From a virus: DNA of 64,000 nt. The stretch spans positions 14,025-78,024 of IMG/VR virus record IMGVR_UViG_3300028569_000031; one strand, 5' to 3'. Positions 56,244 to 64,000 of the stretch are shown piece after piece; position 1 is the first letter of the stretch; the number at the start of each line of letters is the position of its first letter. A model generated the notes under the pieces. It saw only the letters and a program-made list of their open reading frames with translations, did not search any database and was not told where the DNA came from. A program made the position numbers and the translations under genes.

Positions 56244-58109
56244 TTAGTGGCTTTCCATCCAATTTCGACCGACCCTTGCTTCGCCGGTTAATGGGCACTT
56301 GAGATTAAAGTATTCTCCAGCTTTTTTAAAGGAATTGATAGCTAACTTCATATAAACTTCAACATGTTCAGGTCTAACAAGAGTTTGAAATTCATCATGA
56401 ATATGCGCAACATATCCCCAATCTTCACCGAATCTTAACCCAAGCGCCTCTAAATCTTCATACAAAATACATGTTGCCTTCTTAACTGTTATTGCTCCAG
56501 TTGATTGTAGTAATTGATTTAAGGCTGAATGTTTAGATCTTATTTGTAGTTTTCTTCCGTCAACACCAACAAGGTGACCCTTTTCTGTAACTCTTTTTTC
56601 AATTAAATCTTTCAACTGTTTAATAGCTGGTAGATTCTTATAAAATGTTTCCATTGTTTTCTTTCCTTGCGTATATTGTTTATCCTCATCTTCAAGTGGT
56701 GAAATAATACTACCAACTTTTTTTGCGCCTGCACCATAAGCTAGAGCGAATATTAATTTCTTTGATAAATCTCTCTCCGCCTTGGTTATAGGCCGATCAC
56801 CACTATACAAACCGAACATACGAGCGTTATAACTATGAATATCGCCATTACTGTCACTAACAAGCTTTGCATATTCTCCTCCATCGAAATATGCAAGCCA
56901 GGCTCCGAGCGCCCGTAATTCAAGTCCAGATGCATCGGCGCCAACTAATTTCCACCCATCAGGAGCATAAAAAAGAGCGCGGCATTCAGCCCCATAAGCG
57001 TGACCAACACTTGGTACTTGGGCCATATTTGGACGTTTATGGCTACAACGCCCGCTGATACAAGCATTTGTAATAACTTGTCCGTGAATCCTGCCGTCGT
57101 TATAAACTTGAACATGTTTAAGCCATGCTTCCTTTCCTTCTGCAATTTGTCCAAGTCGTTTATTTAAGGTTTGATATTCAGCTAGTATCTTAGCCTCAGG
57201 ATATTTTGCCCCTAGTTTTTCTAGAACATCATCATCTACTTTAGGATTACCTTTTTCTGTAGCACAAAAAGTAATTTCTGGGTACAGTGTTTGCAATCTC
57301 TTTGAGGTTTGTGTTCTTGATCCTGGATTAAATACTTCAGTTTTATTATTTAAGCGTTTTCCTGTTTTTGTAGACCATCTTTCTTGTACCACTGGAGGAA
57401 ACACTATTTGTAATTTATCATTAATTTCATTTCTTTTTGTTTTTAAAGTATTAACTAAGGCATAAGCAGCTTTTTCATTAAAAGGAAATCCAAAGTTTTC
57501 TTGTTTATCCATTATTAAAGCAAACTGGTGTTCTAGATCTAATGAACGTTTATCTCCTTGCTGGCTTAACATATACTTATATAATTCAATAGATACTTTA
57601 ACGTCACCTTCGCAATAATATTGCATTGTTTTAGACCATATCTCCCAAACACTTTTTGTATTTTCTTCTCCTTCTTCTTCCTCTTGATTTTTTAATTCAG
57701 ATTTAAAATCAATTTTATTTACACCAATTCGTTCACCCCAAGCAGCAAGTGAATGGCTGCCAAAGTATTTACGGTTTATATGACCATGCTTTGCGTAATC
57801 AAGTGGTGCCAGCTCTGGCCAAAACAATCTACTTGTTATCAATGTATCAAAATAATCACAATCTGCTCTTAATGTAAGTTTTGGATATATTTTTCTTAAT
57901 GCTGGTAAGTCAAATTTTATTATGTTATGTCCTACCAATAATGTAGCTTCAGATATGTAGTCCAAAGCATGTGCAATTGGTAAATAACCATCTTGATCAG
58001 CACAACTAATAAACTTGTCGCTATCTAAATCATAAAGAACAATGCAATGAATTTTGTTTAAAGCTGGTAACAGACCGTTAGATTCTAAATCAAGAATGAA
58101 TCTTGTCAT
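56244..58109 (-). CDS. polA: family A DNA polymerase (T7-like, with 3'-5' exonuclease)
   Basis: DLESNGL, GHNIIKFD, DASGLELR, KKLIFALAYG, HDE. Confidence 0.95.
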   Translation of the reverse strand: MTRFILDLESNGLLPALNKIHCIVLYDLDSDKFISCADQDGYLPIAHALDYISEATLLVGHNIIKFDLPALRKIYPKLTLRADCDYFDTLITSRLFWPELAPLDYAKHGHINRKYFGSHSLAAWGERIGVNKIDFKSELKNQEEEEGEENTKSVWEIWSKTMQYYCEGDVKVSIELYKYMLSQQGDKRSLDLEHQFALIMDKQENFGFPFNEKAAYALVNTLKTKRNEINDKLQIVFPPVVQERWSTKTGKRLNNKTEVFNPGSRTQTSKRLQTLYPEITFCATEKGNPKVDDDVLEKLGAKYPEAKILAEYQTLNKRLGQIAEGKEAWLKHVQVYNDGRIHGQVITNACISGRCSHKRPNMAQVPSVGHAYGAECRALFYAPDGWKLVGADASGLELRALGAWLAYFDGGEYAKLVSDSNGDIHSYNARMFGLYSGDRPITKAERDLSKKLIFALAYGAGAKKVGSIISPLEDEDKQYTQGKKTMETFYKNLPAIKQLKDLIEKRVTEKGHLVGVDGRKLQIRSKHSALNQLLQSTGAITVKKATCILYEDLEALGLRFGEDWGYVAHIHDEFQTLVRPEHVEVYMKLAINSFKKAGEYFNLKCPLTGEARVGRNWMESH

Positions 58110-58342
58110 TAATAGAAATTTTTATAAAGGGCAGAAATGTTAGTAATTTCAAGCTCTTCATTTACTTTTTCATTTTGGATGCGGCTAAGAATGTTTTTAG
58201 CCTCTGTTAAGTCTGGTAGACACATGGCCTTATTCAACACCTTTGTGTCGTTTATTGGTAGCAATGTAAAACCGCTACCATTTTGATTAATACAAAGAAT
58301 TCTTGTAAATTCTTTATTACAAAACACAAAACCTCTTTGCAT
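58109..58342 (-). CDS. hypothetical protein
   Basis: coupled to the polymerase gene. Confidence 0.55.
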   Translation of the reverse strand: MQRGFVFCNKEFTRILCINQNGSGFTLLPINDTKVLNKAMCLPDLTEAKNILSRIQNEKVNEELEITNISALYKNFY

Positions 58343-58345
58343 GGC

Positions 58346-58630
58346 TTAGTCCTTAATGCTGGCATGATCTGGTACAGCACGCATCAAGAAAAGATCTAGA
58401 GCGATGTGCAGGAACAGTGGCGCCATCTTAAATGCTTGTGGTGGAAGCCCACCAAACAAAGCAGAAAGTTTGTCGCTGAGGTCTGTGCGATGCATTTCTT
58501 CAAACTCAACGCTTAGCATTTGAGCTATATTAAGGATGAAGTCACTTAGATCTTCGTCCTGATGCTTCAGCTGTTCAACAACTTCCCACAATAGTGGGTC
58601 GCTTTGAATCATTTTAATCAACTCTTCCAT
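58346..58630 (-). CDS. hypothetical protein
   Basis: 94-aa helical ORF. Confidence 0.55.
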   Translation of the reverse strand: MEELIKMIQSDPLLWEVVEQLKHQDEDLSDFILNIAQMLSVEFEEMHRTDLSDKLSALFGGLPPQAFKMAPLFLHIALDLFLMRAVPDHASIKD

Positions 58631-58631
58631 A

Positions 58632-59228
58632 ATGAGCTATCGTATCTGCCGACAGATTAACACCCGTACATTCCAGTGCAAGTCCGGACTTTGTAAAGTT
58701 TTTATGGAACCCTGTGAACCGATCAAAAAGGGTCACTGGTCTTGGAATTTTGGTTTTGCTGTTGGTAAATCTAAAAGACAGTTAAATGATTGGTACAATA
58801 ATCGAAATAGCAAAAGTGTAGGTAAATTAAAAAATAAATTTACTGGAAAAGAAGGTGCTATTTTACTTTTAAAAAGTGTCAATCTTTGTTTTAATATGAG
58901 GTGGAAGATACCACCAGGAGATTTAATTATTGTAAGTTGCGATTCAGGTGAACCAGAAAAACAATTTAGAGTTTATAAAAAACTTATCCAGGGGGAAGGT
59001 AAAAGAAAACATCCGGATTGGGTTATAGACGAAGAAAATAAAAAATTCTTTTGGTATCGTCCCCCATATCCAGATGATTTAGTTTGGGAAAGTGTCAAAC
59101 AACACAATGTAAGGATTATTTCTGCTGAAGTTCGGAATCCCCTACAAGACAGCCTAACGGACTTTGCGTACTTTCAAAGTTTTGATACTGTTCGACTGAA
59201 GCAGAATACTCATCTACCCAGTGGCTAA
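58632..59228 (+). CDS. hypothetical protein
   Basis: 198-aa + strand ORF among - strand genes. Confidence 0.55.
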   Translation: MSYRICRQINTRTFQCKSGLCKVFMEPCEPIKKGHWSWNFGFAVGKSKRQLNDWYNNRNSKSVGKLKNKFTGKEGAILLLKSVNLCFNMRWKIPPGDLIIVSCDSGEPEKQFRVYKKLIQGEGKRKHPDWVIDEENKKFFWYRPPYPDDLVWESVKQHNVRIISAEVRNPLQDSLTDFAYFQSFDTVRLKQNTHLPSG

Positions 59229-59397
59229 AAGCAGACTGCAAAACCCCTGGCTCAATCCATATAGTAAGTTGTCTATGAGCGTATTTAATAAGTTCTAGTG
59301 ATTCCTTATCATTTTTTGTTATAGCATTATCCAACAAACGCATAAGCATTGCTTCTAACCATTTGTTAGGTTGTTTTCTAGGATCTAAGTACTCCAC
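59116..59397 (-). CDS. hypothetical protein
   Basis: 93-aa ORF; 3' end overlaps the convergent gene. Confidence 0.5.
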   Translation of the reverse strand: MEYLDPRKQPNKWLEAMLMRLLDNAITKNDKESLELIKYAHRQLTIWIEPGVLQSAFSHWVDEYSASVEQYQNFESTQSPLGCLVGDSELQQK

Positions 59398-59549
59398 TAT
59401 GATTTTTGCGTTGACATTATTGCAGCTAATACAAAAGTGAAATTAATTATTGCTAAATAAACTCCACTTAACACTGGGTTGAAAATAAAAACAAGGGTAC
59501 ATAAAATCCACAAAATGAATGCGATTAGTCCGGTGAACTCAGGTGTCAT

Positions 59550-59777
59550 TCAATCAATTTCAATTACAATACGACGTAAAAGGCCTTTATTGTCTCGTTG
59601 TTCATAAATATTAAATTCACCGTCACCTACTTCTGTATTAAAACTAGCACCAAAAGAGACGGAAGAACGACCGATAGCACTTGAAAGGTTTTCAAGATAA
59701 CACGGGTCAACAATGCAGATACTACCAGAATCACAGCTTACGGAATTGATTTTGCGTGGTTGACATAAGATAGACAT
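59550..59777 (-). CDS. hypothetical protein
   Basis: DSGSICIVDPCY..GDGEF motif. Confidence 0.6.
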   Translation of the reverse strand: MSILCQPRKINSVSCDSGSICIVDPCYLENLSSAIGRSSVSFGASFNTEVGDGEFNIYEQRDNKGLLRRIVIEID

Positions 59778-59793
59778 AATAATTAGGCATAAT

Positions 59794-59826
59794 AAAAAGG
59801 GACCATTTTCTCGAAAGAAGTGTCCC
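59794..59826 (-). terminator. rho-independent terminator-like hairpin
   Basis: GGGAC..TTCT-TTCG-AGAA..GTCCC followed by T5. Confidence 0.65.
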
Positions 59827-59984
59827 AGTAGGAGTGTTGTACGTTTATTATAGCAGTTGGGGCGAAGAAGAACCGTTGACAGCCCCGTCCAGAAAGGGAA
59901 TCAGGATTTTTACGGTTTCCCCTGATTGGTAACAGATGGGCCGTGCCACTGATCACGGTGCGGCCCCTCCCTTATGTCAAAAAA

Positions 59985-60617
59985 TTAATTCTTCTTAAAT
60001 GCAGCACTTGCAATTACTGGGAACTGCCCGATAAAAATCATCTTTATTGTGTCAGCAATAGTTCTATGTTCTTGTTGGGTTTCTTCTGCTGTTCTAGCCT
60101 GGAGGTAATGAATCCAGGAACGTAAACTAGCATTTGCATAGAGTGTTGTTTTTGTACATAAGGGTAATATCCTGCGTGCAGTTTCTTTTGCTATATCTGC
60201 TTTTATCATTTCATCATAAAGTTCTCTTGTTTTAGTAAATAATTCACTAGAACGAGCCATAAATTTAGTGGCTATTGAATCGTCTAAATCATTAAAACTG
60301 TTTTGACGATTTTTATAATCTTGTCTTCTAAAGGATGGCGGGTTAATCTCTTGAGCTTCAGAATATCTGGTTGAGTATTCTTGAAATGATATAGATCTGT
60401 GTCTAATAATTTGTGCTGCGATATCACGCTCAGTATTTATTTTTACGCACATGTTTGCCATTTCAAATGGCGACCAATGTTTATGACTAATTAAATATTT
60501 CAAAAGTCGTTCTGATGTTTCAACATTAGTTGCATTTTCTGGTGAACTGACGCGAGCCATTTGCACAATCATTTTCTCTGCATCTGGAGTGACCCAGATA
60601 AGTCCTACTGAGCTCAT
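59985..60617 (-). CDS. thyX: flavin-dependent thymidylate synthase
   Basis: HWSPFE, RHRSISFQEYSTRY, E.AR..LP, RSWIHY, QQEH. Confidence 0.95.
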   Translation of the reverse strand: MSSVGLIWVTPDAEKMIVQMARVSSPENATNVETSERLLKYLISHKHWSPFEMANMCVKINTERDIAAQIIRHRSISFQEYSTRYSEAQEINPPSFRRQDYKNRQNSFNDLDDSIATKFMARSSELFTKTRELYDEMIKADIAKETARRILPLCTKTTLYANASLRSWIHYLQARTAEETQQEHRTIADTIKMIFIGQFPVIASAAFKKN

Positions 60618-60650
60618 TTGTTTAGTGAGTTGTTAATTTAAAAATACTTT

Positions 60651-60887
60651 TTAAGTTTTTTGAATGTTATTTATTTGTTCAATTACGTCGGTACATTTAT
60701 ATTTTGTACCAAGAAATTGAATAACGTAGTATCTTTTATTTTTGTGCAATGTCCCGGCAGGAGCGCCGGGAGCAATACGACCGTTTTGTCTTACCCACCT
60801 TAAACCACTTGGGAGAGAAGAATCTTTTACCAAGTAGTCTGTGAACTTACTCATTCTCTGTTTCTGTAGTAAAGACATTTTCTTCAT
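60651..60887 (-). CDS. HNH-endonuclease N-terminal-like fragment
   Basis: PSGLRW..GAPAGT..YYVI without the downstream HNH core. Confidence 0.45.
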   Translation of the reverse strand: MKKMSLLQKQRMSKFTDYLVKDSSLPSGLRWVRQNGRIAPGAPAGTLHKNKRYYVIQFLGTKYKCTDVIEQINNIQKT

Positions 60888-61092
60888 TGGTGAATTCTTC
60901 TAAAAGGCCTTTTAATATATCTATAAGAGTTTTTTCCAGTTCTTCTTTTCCCATCGTACTCAAACAATTGTATTCAGGATTTATATCTTCATCCCAACTT
61001 ACTCTCATCCCCTCATCATCTATAACTATTGCAAATGTATCTTTAATTAGGGTTTTTTCGTCTTGTTGCGTTGACATAGATTCTGTTGTCAT
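60847..61092 (-). CDS. hypothetical protein
   Basis: acidic small ORF. Confidence 0.55.
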   Translation of the reverse strand: MTTESMSTQQDEKTLIKDTFAIVIDDEGMRVSWDEDINPEYNCLSTMGKEELEKTLIDILKGLLEEFTNEENVFTTETENE

Positions 61093-61262
61093 TGTGCGTA
61101 GGTTGTTGGAGAGTTGTTGATGTTTTTAACAAGAGCCCGTCGCGCACAGGGGTAACGCTTTAGAGCTTGTTCTTGTGCAGCAAAAGCAGTTTTTGCTATT
61201 ACTACAGTTTTTAGTGGTTGACCGTTACCGAATAAAACAGTAACGTTGTAAGTTTTTTCCAT
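61089..61262 (-). CDS. small hypothetical protein (unlisted 57-aa ORF)
   Basis: MEKTYNVTVLF..; overlaps both neighbours at start/stop codons. Confidence 0.55.
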   Translation of the reverse strand: MEKTYNVTVLFGNGQPLKTVVIAKTAFAAQEQALKRYPCARRALVKNINNSPTTYAQ

Positions 61263-61708
61263 TAAATTGATACGTGTTTCCAGGTTAAATTATTGTCAAT
61301 TTGATATATACAGCTTGCGTTTACTTCATAACATTTAGCAAGTTCTCTGTGAACAGCTGTTCTAGATGGGTAACTAGTTATAAAATTATTGTCAGATAAA
61401 AATAGTTTAATTTCTCTTACCTGGGCGACATTAAGTTTTGCGTTACTGTTATTTTCTCCTACATTTTTGCAGGTTGTCGCTAACATCCGTCCTTTTGTAC
61501 GTCTGTAAGTTTTAACAGTTGTGGGGCCTGAATTAACAGTTGTTTGTATTGGACGTGGGATTATTTTATCAAGCGGTGCTGTAATCATTATTTTGTTTTC
61601 TCCGCGAGTTGCAATTAGTACTAGATAACCATCTTTTACATCAATGGTTGGCTTATCTTCTTCAGTAATCTGCAGAGACTGGATTGATTGAAAAGGGAAG
61701 TGATCCAT
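61262..61708 (-). CDS. DNA-binding protein with endonuclease-associated HTH
   Basis: GENNSNAKLNVAQVREIK..ELAKCYEV..I..TWKHV. Confidence 0.65.
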   Translation of the reverse strand: MDHFPFQSIQSLQITEEDKPTIDVKDGYLVLIATRGENKIMITAPLDKIIPRPIQTTVNSGPTTVKTYRRTKGRMLATTCKNVGENNSNAKLNVAQVREIKLFLSDNNFITSYPSRTAVHRELAKCYEVNASCIYQIDNNLTWKHVSI

Positions 61709-61809
61709 GGCAGGTGAGGAGCAAAGTAGGGGTTTGGATTTAGGTACCCCTTTGGACTTGCACACTATAGAGGTGATGAGGTAGGATTACAAGTGTGCAA
61801 AGGATAGAT

Positions 61810-61848
61810 GAACCGGTTCCGTGCAGGAGGCCGGTTCTTTTTTTTTTT
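61810..61848 (+). terminator. strong + strand terminator
   Basis: GAACCGG..CCGGTTC followed by T11. Confidence 0.75.
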
Positions 61849-61959
61849 GCATAAAAAAGCCGACCAATTGGCCAGCTCTTCTATTTATTGGTATATCTAT
61901 ATACTATTTGTTACTTATATAGTAACTTTGGCGACAGACGCGAGGTAAGAAAGATTATT

Positions 61960-62211
61960 TTACTTATCTTCTTCAAATACTAAGAATTTCTTAACTTCTT
62001 TATCTGAAGCATTAATTAAATTTAATATTGTCTTAAGTTTTTTCTCTGCTGTTAAGGCCCTACCGCTCCAATACACAAGGTGTTGGTTGGTTTTGTTAAG
62101 TTCTGTTTCTAAGGCAGTTTGGAATAAAGATGATGGACTTAAATCTAAGTTAGATTCTTTCCATCGATGATGAAGAGCATCTGGGACTGAAACGCTGACT
62201 ACTATTGCCAT
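61960..62211 (-). CDS. ribbon-helix-helix (CcdA-like) protein
   Basis: VVSVSVPDALHHRWKESNLDLSPSSLFQTALETEL. Confidence 0.55.
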   Translation of the reverse strand: MAIVVSVSVPDALHHRWKESNLDLSPSSLFQTALETELNKTNQHLVYWSGRALTAEKKLKTILNLINASDKEVKKFLVFEEDK

Positions 62212-62309
62212 GTATAAAAAAATTGTGCTACCTAAACGATAGCACAACCTCGGTAGCTGTGTATTTTAATTGGTTTTGTAGTGGAGACATACACTACGTG
62301 ATGGGTTAT

Positions 62310-64000
62310 TTATGTTATTGCTGACTGTACGTCAAAGTTGACAATATAGTTTTTACTAGCAATTACTGGGAGTGGTTCGCTTATTGAAGTACCGTCTGTG
62401 ATAAGTTTCATTGCGTTACTGAACTCTTCTGCTTCATCCATAGAAGGGAAGTGAGGTGCAAAAGTTCCCACTCCCTGGTGATGTATTAATACAGTGTAAC
62501 CAAGAACCGGTAGTTTCATAGAAGTAGTTGTGATGCTGTTTCACGCTAGCAGGACAGGCCCCGATTTGTAAAACATAGAAGGATTGTCTTGAACTGCGAG
62601 GTCTGCTTCCTCGTGGCTGCTGACCACCCTTACGATCTCACTTCTGCCTGTAGCTGTCTTTGTCATGACAGCCCAAACTAGTGTAGAGGTGAAAGGTCTT
62701 ATCTGGCAGGCTGAATTGATGACTTCTGACGAGTCCATGACTTATTGATCTCTGGTATCTCATTATGCGAGGCATGAATCTGCGCTTTTGCATGAGATTG
62801 TGTGAGTCAAAGCCATTGGCACCACTACATAGTCAACTCATTTACGCTACCAGACAACCGTCTAATACAAGTTAAGAAGAAGTTAAATTGTATTGTATGT
62901 TACATTAAGATTTTTAATGAAAGGATGGCATGAAGTTATTTCTAAAATTATTAAGCATTCTTGGGAACCTTTCAATAAGCTGTGCTACTTGCCAGGTTTT
63001 AATCACCTTGAAACTTTTATACTTATAGACCTTATCAAAACTCATGATGATTACAAGAACTGAACTGATGTCATACAGTGTTTTGATAATCATCTTGATC
63101 TTTCGATAGATCTTCCAGAATTTTCTCACACCTTCATGATTGCTGTGGATCTGATCGTAGTCTTTTGGTTTGTAGAACTGGTGTGACTTGGTTCTATACA
63201 TTAGTAAGCAAAGAGTTGGAGGTTACTTGAATTAATTAGCTTGATGTCTGATCTTGGCTGCAAGGATTTTGCAACCAAGAAGAAAAATCTAGCTGTGTTC
63301 CTTTGTATCCAATACAAAGTTTTCTTTCCATATGCTTTTATTAGTAAAGCAGTTAAGGCCAACGAAGCTATAAGAAGTGTTGTTGTCATAAAAATAAGAT
63401 AAAAAAAAAATCGACCAGCTACCTATATAAAGGTAGATGATCGGTTAATTTCCGATTTAAGTAGTTAATTTAATCTTCTGTCTCGTTTTCTTTATCTTGT
63501 TCAAACCGCCATTTGATTGGGTCGTCTATAACCTTCTCTTCTGGTGGGCTAGCCAGTAGCTCTATTACGTAGAACAGTTCTAGAGCTTCATCTAAAGAGA
63601 TCTCTGCTTCACTGGTTAGTAAGCTCAAGAATTCAGGATTTTCTATGAGCTCTTCAATTGATCCAATGATTGTGTTGATCTTTTCAAGATAGTTCACAAG
63701 ACGATAGCAATTACTAAAATTGTATCAGGTTAAATCTTAAGACCTGAAAAAACCTCCACCAGACTTAAAAAGTTTATCTTTGAACGTTTTTACTTCATTT
63801 TCTGGGTTTTCTACATTGGATACAATGAAGTGCTCGCCTGTTTTGGTAATAAAACCGCAGACGATACTGGCCCCAACCTTGTCAGCAGCCTCTTTCATTT
63901 TGGTTACAACTTGCATTGATTGAAGCTGTTGCATGCTTAGCTCATCACGGCTGCTTAGATCCTTGGAGTCGTCGCGTTGTTCAGAATTAATTCTGGTCAT
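62310..64000 (-). other. cluster of small early-type hypothetical ORFs (62310, 62541, 62914, 63201, 63470, 63737)
   Basis: co-oriented 60-95 aa ORFs; terminator-like hairpin near 63401-63445. Confidence 0.5.

Noticed and set aside
59526-59540. TAGTCCGGTGAACT, a 13/14 match to the 26282 site
   Set aside because: A single distant match inside a probable small - strand membrane ORF; chance cannot be excluded.
1-64000. tRNA genes and stop-codon reassignment
   Set aside because: No complete cloverleaf was spotted by eye, and core genes are intact under the standard code with all three stops used.

Overview
A 64-kb stretch of a tailed dsDNA cyanophage genome, most likely infecting a freshwater Synechococcus/Cyanobium-type host. 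The layout resembles the S-EIV1-like group, but this is from memory and not verified. Bases 1-37.6 kb are mostly + strand: candidate ejection/internal virion proteins, TerS/TerL, a portal overlapping a scaffold-like gene by 536 nt, major capsid, virion muralytic enzymes, tail and fibre genes, endolysin, Dps and NblA. Bases 37.6-64 kb are mostly - strand: Prim-Pol/D5 primase-helicase, exonuclease, Gp157, SSB, dCMP deaminase, family A polymerase, ThyX and small early ORFs. Auxiliary genes are psbA (with a PhotoRC-II-like leader and an HLR1-like site), two NblA-like genes, dps, speD and a prolyl-4-hydroxylase. Three observations stand out. (1) A 5.5-kb island separates the long tail fibre from its usual partner gene; it carries a tyrosine recombinase, psbA and small ORFs separated by repeated TAGT-N7-ACTA sites and many different 17-25 bp palindromes, suggesting an integron-like cassette array. 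(2) The portal/scaffold overlap looks dual-coding. (3) Two short peptide motifs, R-[FMY]-A-G-[EDQ] and F-L-x-x-[YF], are shared by otherwise unrelated, scattered + strand proteins and may be virion-targeting or processing signals. No tRNA, CRISPR array or reverse transcriptase was seen. All family calls come from motif recognition by eye.
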